From an uncultured Clostridia bacterium (GTDB lineage: Bacteria > Acidobacteriota > Blastocatellia > UBA7656), in NCBI GenBank assembly GCA_964548075.1, contig CAZJQQ010000004.1, positions 115,872 to 179,871 of the forward strand: a DNA stretch of 64,000 nt, in the 5' to 3' direction. Within the stretch, counting starts at the first letter, position 1; every line of letters begins with the position of its first letter. A program made the translations under genes and the position numbers. Positions 55,084-64,000 of the stretch are shown piece after piece. Under the pieces are notes generated by a model. That model had not been told where the DNA came from, did no database searches, and worked only from the letters and a program-made list of their open reading frames with translations.

Positions 55084-56427
55084 ATGGAAAACAAAATCGC
55101 CCTGTTATTGCCGCTTTGCTTAATGCTCGTTGTAGCGTTTCCTCAACCGCAAGCCGCGCAGACAACCGCTGATCCTCAGCTTGTCGCCGAGATCGCGAAG
55201 ATCAAAGCTATCGACAATCACGCGCACCCGTTGCGATTCGTCGCTGAAGGAGAAAAGCCAGACGACGAGTACGATGCGCTGCCGATCGAGGGGCTCGCGC
55301 CGTTCGCGCTGCCGCCGCGACTCAATCCCGCAAACCCCGAGTACATCGGCGCCTGGCGCGCGCTCTTCGGATACAAACACGACGATATGAGCGAAGCCCA
55401 CATCAAGGAGTTGATGGCGGTCAAACAACGGGTGATGCGCGAGCGCGGCGACGGCTATCCCGCGTGGGTGCTTGATCAGCTTGGCATCGAGACGATGTTT
55501 GCTAATCGTGTGGCCATGGGCCGAGGCCTCGCAGCGCCGCGTTATCGATGGGTTTCATTCGTTGACGCGCTGATGCTCCCTCTAAACAACAAACGCGCGG
55601 GCCGGTCGAATCCAGACGATAGAGTCTTCTATGCCGGCGAAGAGAAGTTGTTGAAGCGCTACCTGGCCGAATCAAAAGTGGCGACACTTCCAGCGACGCT
55701 CGATGATTACTCGAAGAAAGTCGTTACGGCGACGCTTGAACGGCAGAAACGCGACGGAGCCGTAGCGGTGAAGTTCGAAGCCGCATATCTGCGCCGGCTC
55801 GATTTTGATGACGCGAGGGCGAGCGAAGCCCGCCTGGTCTACGCGAAGTACATCAAGGGCGGCGAGCCCCGGAACCTCGAATACAAGGCGCTTCAGGACT
55901 ATCTCTTCCGCTACATCGCGCGCGAAGCGGGGCGTCTTGGAATGGCCGTCCACATTCACGCCATCGACGGCGCGGGCAGTTTCTACAAGCAGAGCGGCAG
56001 CGATCCTCTGCTTCTCGAATCGGCGTTCAACGATCCCGGCTTGCGAAAGACCAACTTCGTCATCGTGCACGGCGGTTATCCGTTCACGAAGCACACGGCC
56101 TCGCTGATGAGCAAATCGAATGTCTACGCCGACTTCTCGGCGCAGACCTTCCTGCTCTACCCGCGAGCGCTCAGCGAGGTGCTGCGCAACTGGCTCGAGT
56201 TCTATCCCGACAAGGTGCTGTTCGGCACCGATGCGTTTGCGTTCACGCCCGAGGTCGGGTGGGAAGAGGGAGGATGGCTGGCGATCACGACCGCGCGGCA
56301 GGCGCTCGCGCTTGCGCTGACCGGAATGATGAACGACGGCGAGATCACGCGCGACCGGGCGCTCGAGTTGGCTCGAATGGTGATGCGCGAAAACGCGTTG
56401 CAGCTTTACAATCTCAAATCGAAGTGA
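55084..56427 (+). CDS. Amidohydrolase-2 family metal-dependent hydrolase (periplasmic)
   Basis: Signal peptide MENKIALLLPLCLMLVVAF. Metal ligands KAIDNHAHP (HxH), MAVHIHAIDG, VIVHGGYPF, LFGTDAF. Confidence 0.75.
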   Translation: MENKIALLLPLCLMLVVAFPQPQAAQTTADPQLVAEIAKIKAIDNHAHPLRFVAEGEKPDDEYDALPIEGLAPFALPPRLNPANPEYIGAWRALFGYKHDDMSEAHIKELMAVKQRVMRERGDGYPAWVLDQLGIETMFANRVAMGRGLAAPRYRWVSFVDALMLPLNNKRAGRSNPDDRVFYAGEEKLLKRYLAESKVATLPATLDDYSKKVVTATLERQKRDGAVAVKFEAAYLRRLDFDDARASEARLVYAKYIKGGEPRNLEYKALQDYLFRYIAREAGRLGMAVHIHAIDGAGSFYKQSGSDPLLLESAFNDPGLRKTNFVIVHGGYPFTKHTASLMSKSNVYADFSAQTFLLYPRALSEVLRNWLEFYPDKVLFGTDAFAFTPEVGWEEGGWLAITTARQALALALTGMMNDGEITRDRALELARMVMRENALQLYNLKSK

Positions 56428-56450
56428 GCTGTCGAGGACCGGGCATCAAG

Positions 56451-57377
56451 GTGAAGCGTTTTGCGTTGGTTTACATTCTGTTGTTCGCCGGGTTGCCGGG
56501 CGGTTGCCGGGCGCGCGGCAATCATTCGCCGGTTATTGCTACATTGAATGCGCACGACATTCATCGCGATGAGTTCGACCAATTCCTTGCGTCGAAGATG
56601 GGTGACGTCGGCACCGCCGATGTTTCGGATTCCATTCGTAGCCAAATGCTCGACGAGTACCTCAAGCGCTGGCTGGTGCTCGACGAAGCGGCGCGCACGG
56701 GGCTCAACGTGACCAGCGCCGAGATCGAACAGAGCACCCAGGACAACCCGCGGATGAAGTCCTCGGTTGCAACCGCCGCTACTCGCGAAGAGATGGCCCG
56801 TGATCTGCTTGTCGAAAAGTACTACCGTCAAATCGCGCTGCGCGACGTGCGCGTCTCTCCTGAAGAGGTCCAGCAGTATATCGAAAAGAACCAGTCGCGT
56901 CTGACGGACCGGCCGGGTTTCCTGGTGCGCGAGATCCGCGTTCAGTATCGAGAAGAGGCTGACCGGTTGCACCGCGAAGTAACCGAAGGCCGGCGCGATT
57001 TCGCATCGGTAGCGCGGCTCCATTCCGACGCCCCCAACGCCGAGCAGAACGGGCTTACTCGCTACGATGAAGGCCAGCTCCCGGACGTGCTCGAAAAGGC
57101 CGTCCAACAGCTTCAGCCCGGGGATGTGAGCCCGGTGATCGAATCCAACTACGGCTTTCACATGTTCAAACTGGAGCAGCGGATTAAGCCTCACGGGGCC
57201 GAAGAGCGGCGCTCGCAGCTTGACGACCGCCGCGCGCAGTTGACCGAAGAGCTGATCGCGAGAAAGAACCAGCAGGCGGTTGATAAAGCGATCGAGCTGC
57301 TCATATCGCAGGCAAAGATCCAAATAGCCGACTCGGCGCTGGGCTTCCCATACACCGGACAGCTAAGGCATAATTGA
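56451..57377 (+). CDS. SurA/PpiC-type peptidyl-prolyl isomerase (parvulin domain) chaperone
   Basis: GTG start with signal-like VKRFALVYILLFAGLPGGC. Parvulin region ...FASVARLHSDAPNAEQNGLTRYDEGQLPDVLEKAVQQLQPGDVSPVIESNYGFHMFKL.... Confidence 0.65.
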   Translation: MKRFALVYILLFAGLPGGCRARGNHSPVIATLNAHDIHRDEFDQFLASKMGDVGTADVSDSIRSQMLDEYLKRWLVLDEAARTGLNVTSAEIEQSTQDNPRMKSSVATAATREEMARDLLVEKYYRQIALRDVRVSPEEVQQYIEKNQSRLTDRPGFLVREIRVQYREEADRLHREVTEGRRDFASVARLHSDAPNAEQNGLTRYDEGQLPDVLEKAVQQLQPGDVSPVIESNYGFHMFKLEQRIKPHGAEERRSQLDDRRAQLTEELIARKNQQAVDKAIELLISQAKIQIADSALGFPYTGQLRHN

Positions 57378-57401
57378 GCGTCAAACCAGCCCAAAAACTC
57401 G

Positions 57402-57478
57402 TAGCATAGACTTTAGTCTGTGTCCGACAGTCGCCACGCGACTGCCCGCCGCGACACAGACTAAAGTCTATGCTACTC
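57402..57478. repeat. Palindromic element family P1 (copy 2): 24-bp arms gtagcatagactttagtctgtgtc
   Basis: cgtagcatagactttagtctgtgtccg ... cgcgacacagactaaagtctatgctac. Lies between the two SurA-like genes, 20 nt before the 57498 start. Confidence 0.8.
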
Positions 57479-57497
57479 GCAAGAGAGGATGTGCCGT

Positions 57498-58532
57498 ATG
57501 AAGTTCATAGTAACGATTCTGGCGATCGGGTTCGTGCTCGTGTTAGCGACCCCCGCGCGCGCTCAGGAGCCCGAGCTGGTCAACGAGATCGTCGCACGAG
57601 TCAATAGCGATATCATCACGCGTGCCGACTACCTGGGCGCGCTGCGCGACTTCAAGGAACAGCTAGTCCGCGAGATGGCTGGCAAGCCGGAAGCTCAAAT
57701 CAACGCCGAGTACGAGCGCCTGAAGCCGACAGTCCTTGACTACATAATCGAAAACGTGCTGCTCGAGCAGAAGGCCAAAGAGTTGAACATCGATGTCGAG
57801 GCCGAAGTCAACCAGCGCATGAAAGAGATCGCTACCGAAAACGGATTGCCCAACGTGCTCGCTTTCGAGAACGAGTTGAAAAAGCAGGGCGTCGATCCCG
57901 AATCAGCGCGCGCGCAGATTCGCAAGGGACTCCAACAGCAGTACGTCATTCAGCGTGAAGTGCTGTCGCCGATCTTTCAGCGTTTGAGCGACAAGGATCG
58001 CCGCGACTTCTACGACAAGCACAAGGAGGGGTTCACTACTCCCGGTGAGGTGACGATCTCGGAAATCTTCCTGCCACTCGAAGGTCACACCGCTGATGAG
58101 GTTGATCAGCGAGCCAGGCGTCTCGTCGCGGAGCTTCGCGCGGGCAAGAGCTTCGCCGAGGCGGCACTGGAGACCTCACCTGCGAGCCGCGCTTCTCGCG
58201 CGCAGAAGGGGAAGCTCGGGACCTTCAAGCAAGGCGAGCTCAAAGAAGACATCACCGCTGCAATCTCGACGCTCAAACCCGGCGAGGTGACTGAGCCGAT
58301 AAGACTCCAGGACGGATTCCAGATAATTCGGCTGGACGATCGCAAGCCTGCCACGCTCCGGGCCTTTGAAGACGCAGACGTTCAAAACGCCATTGGCCGC
58401 GCGGCGACGATGGAACGGGCCGAAGACGCGCGAAAGAAATACATGAAGAAGCTGCGCGAAGATGCGTTCCTCGAGATCGCTCCGGGCTACGTCACCGCTC
58501 AAGTGAAACCGGAGAAGACGGAGAAGAAATAG
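57498..58532 (+). CDS. SurA-like periplasmic chaperone/peptidyl-prolyl isomerase
   Basis: Signal peptide MKFIVTILAIGFVLVLATPARA. SurA N-domain (EIVARVNSDIITRADY). Parvulin-like region ...SFAEAALETSPASRAS...LKPGEVTEPIRLQDGFQIIRL.... Confidence 0.8.
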   Translation: MKFIVTILAIGFVLVLATPARAQEPELVNEIVARVNSDIITRADYLGALRDFKEQLVREMAGKPEAQINAEYERLKPTVLDYIIENVLLEQKAKELNIDVEAEVNQRMKEIATENGLPNVLAFENELKKQGVDPESARAQIRKGLQQQYVIQREVLSPIFQRLSDKDRRDFYDKHKEGFTTPGEVTISEIFLPLEGHTADEVDQRARRLVAELRAGKSFAEAALETSPASRASRAQKGKLGTFKQGELKEDITAAISTLKPGEVTEPIRLQDGFQIIRLDDRKPATLRAFEDADVQNAIGRAATMERAEDARKKYMKKLREDAFLEIAPGYVTAQVKPEKTEKK

Positions 58533-58535
58533 CGG

Positions 58536-58817
58536 GAGAGTAGAGGGGCAGAGGAGTGGAGGAGCGGAGGGGCCGAGGAGCAGAGGGGCAGAGGAGCAGA
58601 GGGGCAGAGGGGCAGAGGGGCAGAGGGGCAGAGGGGCAGAGGAGCAGAGGGGCAGAGGAGCAGAAGAGTAGAGGGGCAGAGGGGCAGAGGTGAAAGGTAG
58701 AAGGCTGCCGTCGTCTCCCCCGGTAGCGTCAAGCATTTTGTCCCCCTTCTCCTCCGCTCCTCTTCTCCTCCGCTCCTCCGCTCCTCCGCTCCTCTGCTCC
58801 TCTGCTCCTCTGCTTCC
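58536..58817. repeat. Simple-repeat hairpin with 8-nt units (CAGAGGGG/CAGAGGAG, about 18 units) and inverted arm (GCTCCTCC/GCTCCTCT, about 9 units)
   Basis: Starts 4 nt after the SurA-like stop. The inverted arm ends 4 nt before the ATG of the S4-domain gene, with no SD outside the hairpin. Confidence 0.8.
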
Positions 58818-58821
58818 CATC

Positions 58822-59085
58822 ATGCGTCTCGACATCTTCCTTAAGCTGTCACGACTCGTGCCGCGCCGGACGCTGGCTCAGGAGATGTGCGAAGCAGGCG
58901 TGGTAAAGGTCAACGGCCTGCGGGCCAAGAGCGCCCACGAAGTGCGAGCAGCCGATCTGCTTTCAATTCGACAGCGTGGTCGAGTCACAACCGTTCGCGT
59001 CCTCAGCGTTCCGTCGAAACCTCCTTCGAAGCGTGAGGCTACGTCGCTGTACGAAACGATCGGCGTCGAATCGCTTGAGGCTTGA
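58822..59085 (+). CDS. RNA-binding S4 domain protein (Hsp15-like)
   Basis: MRLDIFLKLSRLVPRRTLAQEMCEAGVVKVNGLRAKSAHEVRAADLL matches the S4 fold pattern. The longer ORF from 58690 translates the hairpin arm. Confidence 0.7.
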   Translation: MRLDIFLKLSRLVPRRTLAQEMCEAGVVKVNGLRAKSAHEVRAADLLSIRQRGRVTTVRVLSVPSKPPSKREATSLYETIGVESLEA

Positions 59086-59232
59086 CATAGCGCCCGCATC
59101 CGGAAGTTCCGGTCCCTGATGCCGGAGTAACTCTTATCCTTAGTTTTCCCTAAGACGCGGCGCTCCCGTGCTAGAATGACGCGGCCGCGTTCCTCCCCGA
59201 CAATTACGAACCCTCTTGAGGGAGATCAGGAC

Positions 59233-60645
59233 ATGCAGACTGGTTATCTAGTCATAGCGAAGGACGGCAAAGAGTACGGGCCTCTGGACCGGGACACGAT
59301 TCAGCGGTGGTACTACGAAGGCCGGCTCGACCAGAAATCGAGAGTGTACGAGCCGGGCAAGCACAAGTTTCGCCTGAAAGAAATGTTCGATCTCACAGTG
59401 TGGAACAACCCGGCGCTGATCGCGCAGGCCGCGTCCGCGTCAACCGCCGAGCCTTCGTTCGTGCCAAGGATGATGAGCGAACTTTCCGGCGAAGAAGATC
59501 GGCAACCCACGCCGGGTATGTTCGCGGCAGGGATACTGCTCACCATTAACGGCGCGATGGGCCTGCTGATCATAGGCCTGATCATGACCGGACAGCTCAC
59601 CGGGCTCAATCACCCTCGCGGCTACATCGTGCCGATCATCGATCTGATAGTTGCGGTTGGTCTGATCCGCGGGAATGAGAAGTACAGGAAGTGGGGCCTG
59701 GTGCGCGCCGTGTTGGGCGGCGGATTCTTCCTTCTTGGCGCGTTGGCATCCACATTGCAATCGAACGTCCCAGCGTCCGCGATATCAGAGGTTTCTGTAG
59801 CGACGGCGGCGGGCTGGGTCGAGGTTATCTTCCAGTTGGTGTTTTGTGCGGGCATTGCTGCGCTATTGTGGGGCGATTGGCCTTCAAAGGTTAGAGTTGG
59901 CATCGGCGTCGCCGCAGTCTTAGTTGCCTGGTCCGGCATCATCACAACGAGCGTAGTTTCGGGATTCGTCGCCGGCTTCAAAGAACAGGCAGAGATCGCA
60001 AAGTACTCGGTCGCGAGCGCAACCTTTGAGGACAACCGCCTGGGGGTCAGCGCCAGACTGCCTGAGGGCTGGGCGCTTCTGACGAAAGAGAATCCGATCG
60101 TGCCCGTGCCGGATGCGACGATGATCGCGATTCACAGCCGGTCAGGTTGTTTTGCCATGCTTCTGGTTGAGCCCGACACTCTTGGCGGTACGTCGCCAGA
60201 CGGTTACTTGACACTTGTGTTGCAGAACCGCCAGAAGACCACCCCGGCGATGAAGGAGCTTGGCCGGATGGACGTCGATTTCGGCGGCCACCAGGGCCGG
60301 AGGCTCGATACGTCGTGGACCCTTGATGGAAAAAAGTTGCGAGGGTTCTCGACCGCGTGCAAAGCCGGCCACAGCTACTACCTGCTCACGGGCTGGTGTC
60401 TTGACGAATCATTCTCAAAAGCATTCGCCGCGTTTCAGTCGCTCGAGGGCGTATTCGAGGTTGGGCCGCGCGCTGCTACGGAGCCTCCTGAAATTGCGTC
60501 GGAGTCCGAGGAAGACTTCTACGAACTTGTCTTTTTTATTCAAGACCAGAAAAAGCTGTCGAACGGCGACCAAACTATTCTTGCGCGCGGAATGTATGAG
60601 GGCGCTGAGGTTGGCTTCGAGCTTTCGCTGGGGTCCACGTGGTAG
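59233..60645 (+). CDS. Membrane protein with N-terminal DUF4339 (GYF-like) domain
   Basis: Start MQTGYLVIAKDGKEYGPLDRDTIQRWYYEGRL with GAGGGA SD, then 6-7 TM helices and a soluble C-domain. Ends at a TAG that is in-frame with the next ORF. Confidence 0.6.
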   Translation: MQTGYLVIAKDGKEYGPLDRDTIQRWYYEGRLDQKSRVYEPGKHKFRLKEMFDLTVWNNPALIAQAASASTAEPSFVPRMMSELSGEEDRQPTPGMFAAGILLTINGAMGLLIIGLIMTGQLTGLNHPRGYIVPIIDLIVAVGLIRGNEKYRKWGLVRAVLGGGFFLLGALASTLQSNVPASAISEVSVATAAGWVEVIFQLVFCAGIAALLWGDWPSKVRVGIGVAAVLVAWSGIITTSVVSGFVAGFKEQAEIAKYSVASATFEDNRLGVSARLPEGWALLTKENPIVPVPDATMIAIHSRSGCFAMLLVEPDTLGGTSPDGYLTLVLQNRQKTTPAMKELGRMDVDFGGHQGRRLDTSWTLDGKKLRGFSTACKAGHSYYLLTGWCLDESFSKAFAAFQSLEGVFEVGPRAATEPPEIASESEEDFYELVFFIQDQKKLSNGDQTILARGMYEGAEVGFELSLGSTW

Positions 60646-60669
60646 GAAGGATCGTTTGCGCCGGACCTT

Positions 60670-60993
60670 GTGACTTACACCGGCACGGCGAGTTATCGTT
60701 CCTTTGGCGCTGAGAGTGACTCATTCCTTCAGGCCCTCGATCACCTTTTCGAAACCAAACAAGCTCCGAAGCAAATGAAAAGCGAGACCCGCTTTAGCGC
60801 GCTCACTTTGGAAGGAGACCCTCGCGATCTTGAGAAGGGGCCGGTTAAGCTAAAACTGTTCTTCGAGAGTTCGGCTGAAGATCGGTACGCCGAGCTCTTC
60901 ACAGACATCGACCTCAAGGCCCGCAGGCTCTATGTAAGCGAGAAGGACCCGGAATATCGCGGGGCGATCATTCGAGCCCTACAGGCGCGTTGA
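60670..60993 (+). CDS. Hypothetical protein or possible 3' continuation of the upstream gene across an in-frame TAG
   Basis: GTG start with no SD. Same reading frame as 59233..60645, separated only by one TAG at 60643..60645. Confidence 0.3.
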   Translation: MTYTGTASYRSFGAESDSFLQALDHLFETKQAPKQMKSETRFSALTLEGDPRDLEKGPVKLKLFFESSAEDRYAELFTDIDLKARRLYVSEKDPEYRGAIIRALQAR

Positions 60994-61065
60994 GTCCTTC
61001 ACCCCACGCCTCGACCACATTTGCAAGCAGTCGATAAGGGACGGTAATCTCGAGCGGTCGCCAAA

Positions 61066-61485
61066 ATGACCAAACGATTCATCATAGAAGAACACGTCCG
61101 CTGGTCGGACACCGACCGTGCCGGGATTATTTATTACGGTCAGTTTCTGAGGTTCTTCGAGATCGCGGAGACGGAACTCTTTCGATCGGTGGGCCTGCCT
61201 TATTCTGACGTCTTTGACCGGTTCGACATCTGGCTTCCGCGGGTGCAGATCCATTTCGACTTTCGCAAGCCGCTCCTGCTTGACGATCTGATCGAGGTGT
61301 CGGCTTATGTAGGTCGCTTCGGGAACAAATCGCTCACGCTGCGATTCGAAGTAAACAAGAAAGGCGAACCTGATCTGGCGGCAGAGGGCCACGTCGTGCT
61401 CGCCTGCGTCAGTCGTTCGACGTTCAGGTCTGTTCCGGTGCCCGCCGCGATCATCGAAGCTCTAAGGCCCTACCTCAAAGATTAA
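61066..61485 (+). CDS. Acyl-CoA thioesterase (hotdog fold, YbgC/4HBT-like)
   Basis: VRWSDTDRAGIIYYGQFLRFFEIAETELFR ... LTLRFEV carries the 4HBT active-site Asp pattern. Confidence 0.8.
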   Translation: MTKRFIIEEHVRWSDTDRAGIIYYGQFLRFFEIAETELFRSVGLPYSDVFDRFDIWLPRVQIHFDFRKPLLLDDLIEVSAYVGRFGNKSLTLRFEVNKKGEPDLAAEGHVVLACVSRSTFRSVPVPAAIIEALRPYLKD

Positions 61486-61628
61486 TATGCTACCGCTCTT
61501 GTCGAAGTAACCGCCGTGGCCAAGCCAAACGCGTCACCAGCAGCCGTACTCCCATTTGAGATCGTTTGTCCCGGTGGTGGCCTTGACGATAGGCTTGGGA
61601 CGGTCGAGCACGATTGAACGCGGCGGTG

Positions 61629-62219
61629 TTATTTGCTGGCGATTTCGCTACTAAGCAGATGAGAATACCTCGCCCAGCTTGTTGGCTTGAGCCAATCCAG
61701 GCCGTCTTGGACTTTGGTTATCTTCTTGGTTATCGGGTCGTAAAGGTACATGCCACCTCTGGTAATCGTGAACATCGGCACGCCAAACTTGTCCGCTATC
61801 AAAAGATCCGGCCCCTGGGGCTCCGGATTGGACTTATTCGGATGAGTGTGAACTATTGCGATAATGGCCTGGTTCCATTCAAAAGTGAATCGGTAGGCTT
61901 CATTCGTATGCCCTCCCGGAACTGCTTTGATGGAGCCATCGGGCATGCGAAAGATCAATACAAGGGCCTCGATCAATCGGATTCCGTGCTCTGATTTGTC
62001 CCAGGCGCGCTCGAATTCCCGCACGACTTGCTCATCAATTCTGGAGACCACAAAGCTGGCCCGGCTTCGTCTCATAGCGTGGTTTTGGTCTGTGGCAATC
62101 TGAGCGGCGTCATCCCTATTGTTCTCCCGGCCGGTAACGGAGTTAGACGTTTGGGCGTCGGAGATTGGTGCTGTAACGATCAGGAAAAAAACAACCAGAG
62201 AGAAGCGGTACATAGACAC
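61629..62219 (-). CDS. Hypothetical secreted protein with HxHP...P...D (JAB/RadC-like?) motif
   Basis: Signal peptide MSMYRFSLVVFFLIVTAPISDAQ. Motif AIIAIVHTHPNKSNPEPQGPDL. No confident family. Lower GC. Confidence 0.45.
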   Translation of the reverse strand: MSMYRFSLVVFFLIVTAPISDAQTSNSVTGRENNRDDAAQIATDQNHAMRRSRASFVVSRIDEQVVREFERAWDKSEHGIRLIEALVLIFRMPDGSIKAVPGGHTNEAYRFTFEWNQAIIAIVHTHPNKSNPEPQGPDLLIADKFGVPMFTITRGGMYLYDPITKKITKVQDGLDWLKPTSWARYSHLLSSEIASK

Positions 62220-62462
62220 CTCCGGCAGACGGCGTTTGAATGCTTCAGGGCTTAGGGCCAGGAGGTTCCGATCCCACCCTTAGCCCTGAAGAACCGCATT
62301 GCTCCGGCCGGAGGCTTGCAGTAGGATGGCCGCGGCACTTGAACTGATTCGCACTCAATTCTTCCAATGCCGGTCCACTCAAGCTCGAACATACTCTGAA
62401 CGTCGTTCAGATGTCCTTAGAGACGTGCATAGAGTTTCTTAGAAGTTCTTAGAGGGACGGCC

Positions 62463-64000
62463 GTGACCCAGAAAGCACAACAATTCTACGAGTTCGGATC
62501 TTTCCGCATTGATGCTGCAAAGCGTCAGTTGCTGCGGGAAGGGGATGCTGTGCCGCTCACTCCCAAATGCTTCGACATGCTGCTCGCGCTTGTGGAAGAG
62601 AGTGGACGGGTGGTCGAGAAACGCGCGTTGATGACCCGGGTCTGGCCCGACAGCTTCGTCGAGGAAGGCAATCTCTCCTATAACATTTCCATGCTCAGAA
62701 AGGCCCTGGGTGAGCGGGCGGGCGAGCATCAGTACATTGTTACGATTCCAGGTCGTGGCTACAAGTTTGTAGCAACAGTAAACGGGGCGCGGGATGGAAA
62801 TGGCGATGCGACGTCGGAAGGTCAAGTCAGATCAGCCCTGCCCATCGAAGGAGAAGGGAAACCGGACGCTAACGATGAAGCCACGGCTGTGCAAGCCTCA
62901 GAAAAGAGCTCTGATGACGCGAAGCGCCTTCTCAAAGGATGGCAGGTTCTAGTTCTGATTACATCTCTGATTGCGATGACTGGCATCGGCTACGGATTAT
63001 ACCGGCTCATAAACCAGCGCAAACCGATGTCGCCTCCGCAACCGTTGATAAGCAGGCTCTCTTTCAGCGGCAACGTGACAAGCGCAGCCATTTCGCCGGA
63101 CGGCAAATTCGTCGGTCAAGTAATTGACGAGCACGGAAAGCAAAGCCTCCTGGTTAAACAGGTGGCCACAACAAGCTACCAGGAGGTAGTCCCACCTGCT
63201 CGAGTTCAATATCTGGGACTGACCTTCTCGCAAGATGGTGACTATATCTATTACGTCAGAACGGAAGAAACGAACGCTTGGGCAGGTGTGCTCTATAAGG
63301 TGCCTGTACTGGGAGGCACTCCGATAAGACTGCTAGTAGATGTGACTAGCCCCGTCACTTTTTCTCCAGACGGCCAGCGGTTTGCCTTTGTGCGGGTTAC
63401 AGAACGTGACGGGGAAACCACATTGATGGTTGCAAACCAGGATGGCAGCGGAGAGCAAAAACTTGCCATACGCAAGGCGCCTGGCTACTTCTCTAATGAC
63501 GGGCCGGCGTGGTCGCCTGACGGAAGGACGATCGCCTGTGCTGACGAAGGCGGCGTGGTTGAGGTGGAGGTAGAAGGTGGAATCGAAAGACGGATCTTTT
63601 CTGACAGATGGGATGGCATTGGACAGCTTGCGTGGCTCTCAGATGGCACCGGCCTTTTGATGACTGCTAGGGCCCAAGAGTCAACGGTTTTTCAAATATG
63701 GCATCTCTCCTATCCCGGCGGGGTAGCGCGGAGGGTTACGTACGATGTTAACAACTACCACAATATCGGACTGCCGTCAGACTCAAGCGCTGTGGTTACT
63801 ATGCGGACTGATCGAAAGTCGAGCATATGGACTCAGCCATATCAAGATATGGGCGGTGCGAGACAGATAACATTCAGCAATTACTGCGGAGGCGGAGGCA
63901 TATCCTGGGCTCCCGATGGCAAGATCGTCTATCGATCCATAGATGTGGACGGCAATGGCGCAATCTGGGTAATGGATCCGGATGGGAGAAATGAAAGACA
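62463..64000 (+). CDS. CadC/OmpR-type winged-helix transcriptional regulator fused to TM helix and TolB-like beta-propeller, 3'-partial at window end
   Basis: GTG start with GAGGGA SD. wHTH region [76 protein letters not shown] helix [23 protein letters not shown]40-like repeats (SPDG..., WSPDGRTIA). Confidence 0.75.
   Translation, partial: MTQKAQQFYEFGSFRIDAAKRQLLREGDAVPLTPKCFDMLLALVEESGRVVEKRALMTRVWPDSFVEEGNLSYNISMLRKALGERAGEHQYIVTIPGRGYKFVATVNGARDGNGDATSEGQVRSALPIEGEGKPDANDEATAVQASEKSSDDAKRLLKGWQVLVLITSLIAMTGIGYGLYRLINQRKPMSPPQPLISRLSFSGNVTSAAISPDGKFVGQVIDEHGKQSLLVKQVATTSYQEVVPPARVQYLGLTFSQDGDYIYYVRTEETNAWAGVLYKVPVLGGTPIRLLVDVTSPVTFSPDGQRFAFVRVTERDGETTLMVANQDGSGEQKLAIRKAPGYFSNDGPAWSPDGRTIACADEGGVVEVEVEGGIERRIFSDRWDGIGQLAWLSDGTGLLMTARAQESTVFQIWHLSYPGGVARRVTYDVNNYHNIGLPSDSSAVVTMRTDRKSSIWTQPYQDMGGARQITFSNYCGGGGISWAPDGKIVYRSIDVDGNGAIWVMDPDGRNER

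Noticed and set aside
59307-60135. Various 60-140-aa ORFs inside the DUF4339 membrane-protein gene
   Set aside because: They are shadow frames of a gene with clear TM-helix periodicity.

Overview
High-GC (about 60%) chromosomal segment. The gene content and the many periplasmic and surface proteins make it most consistent with an Acidobacteria-like soil bacterium; this is inference from protein repertoire only.

The conserved housekeeping backbone is easy to read:
- ispE, tRNA-Gln, prs, rplY, pth
- rpsF, rpsR, rplI, dnaB
- mutM
- a DUF1015/serA/serC operon
- an enoyl-CoA hydratase followed by mfd

Interspersed are several unusual elements:
- Two tandem paralogous giant membrane-anchored proteins (1634 and 2061 aa) with a C-terminal gingipain-like C25 cysteine-peptidase domain. 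Each is preceded by a duplicated, conserved promoter plus a roughly 130-nt leader.
- A REP-associated tyrosine transposase (RAYT) with at least four inverted REP pairs carrying the core CCTGGGAGCGCAGGCATCCCTGCCTGC.
- A striking population of very long intergenic hairpins. Some are built from tandem 7-8-nt simple repeats with an inverted copy; others are complex perfect palindromes that occur in two or more copies. Many sit directly against start or stop codons of housekeeping genes.
- A two-gene ABC-type ATPase plus TOPRIM-like (DUF4276/DUF4435-like) module reminiscent of PARIS and OLD-family anti-phage systems.
- A low-GC islet (about 37.7-39.9 kb) holding a candidate HEPN-motif protein and translationally coupled small genes.
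- Tandem paralogous secreted proteins built from a previously unrecognised roughly 29-aa repeat.
- A large alpha-2-macroglobulin with an intact CSEQ thioester motif.
- A vapBC toxin-antitoxin pair.

No rRNA, CRISPR array or integrase was seen. All calls rest on reading the six-frame translations and the DNA by eye; no database search was run.
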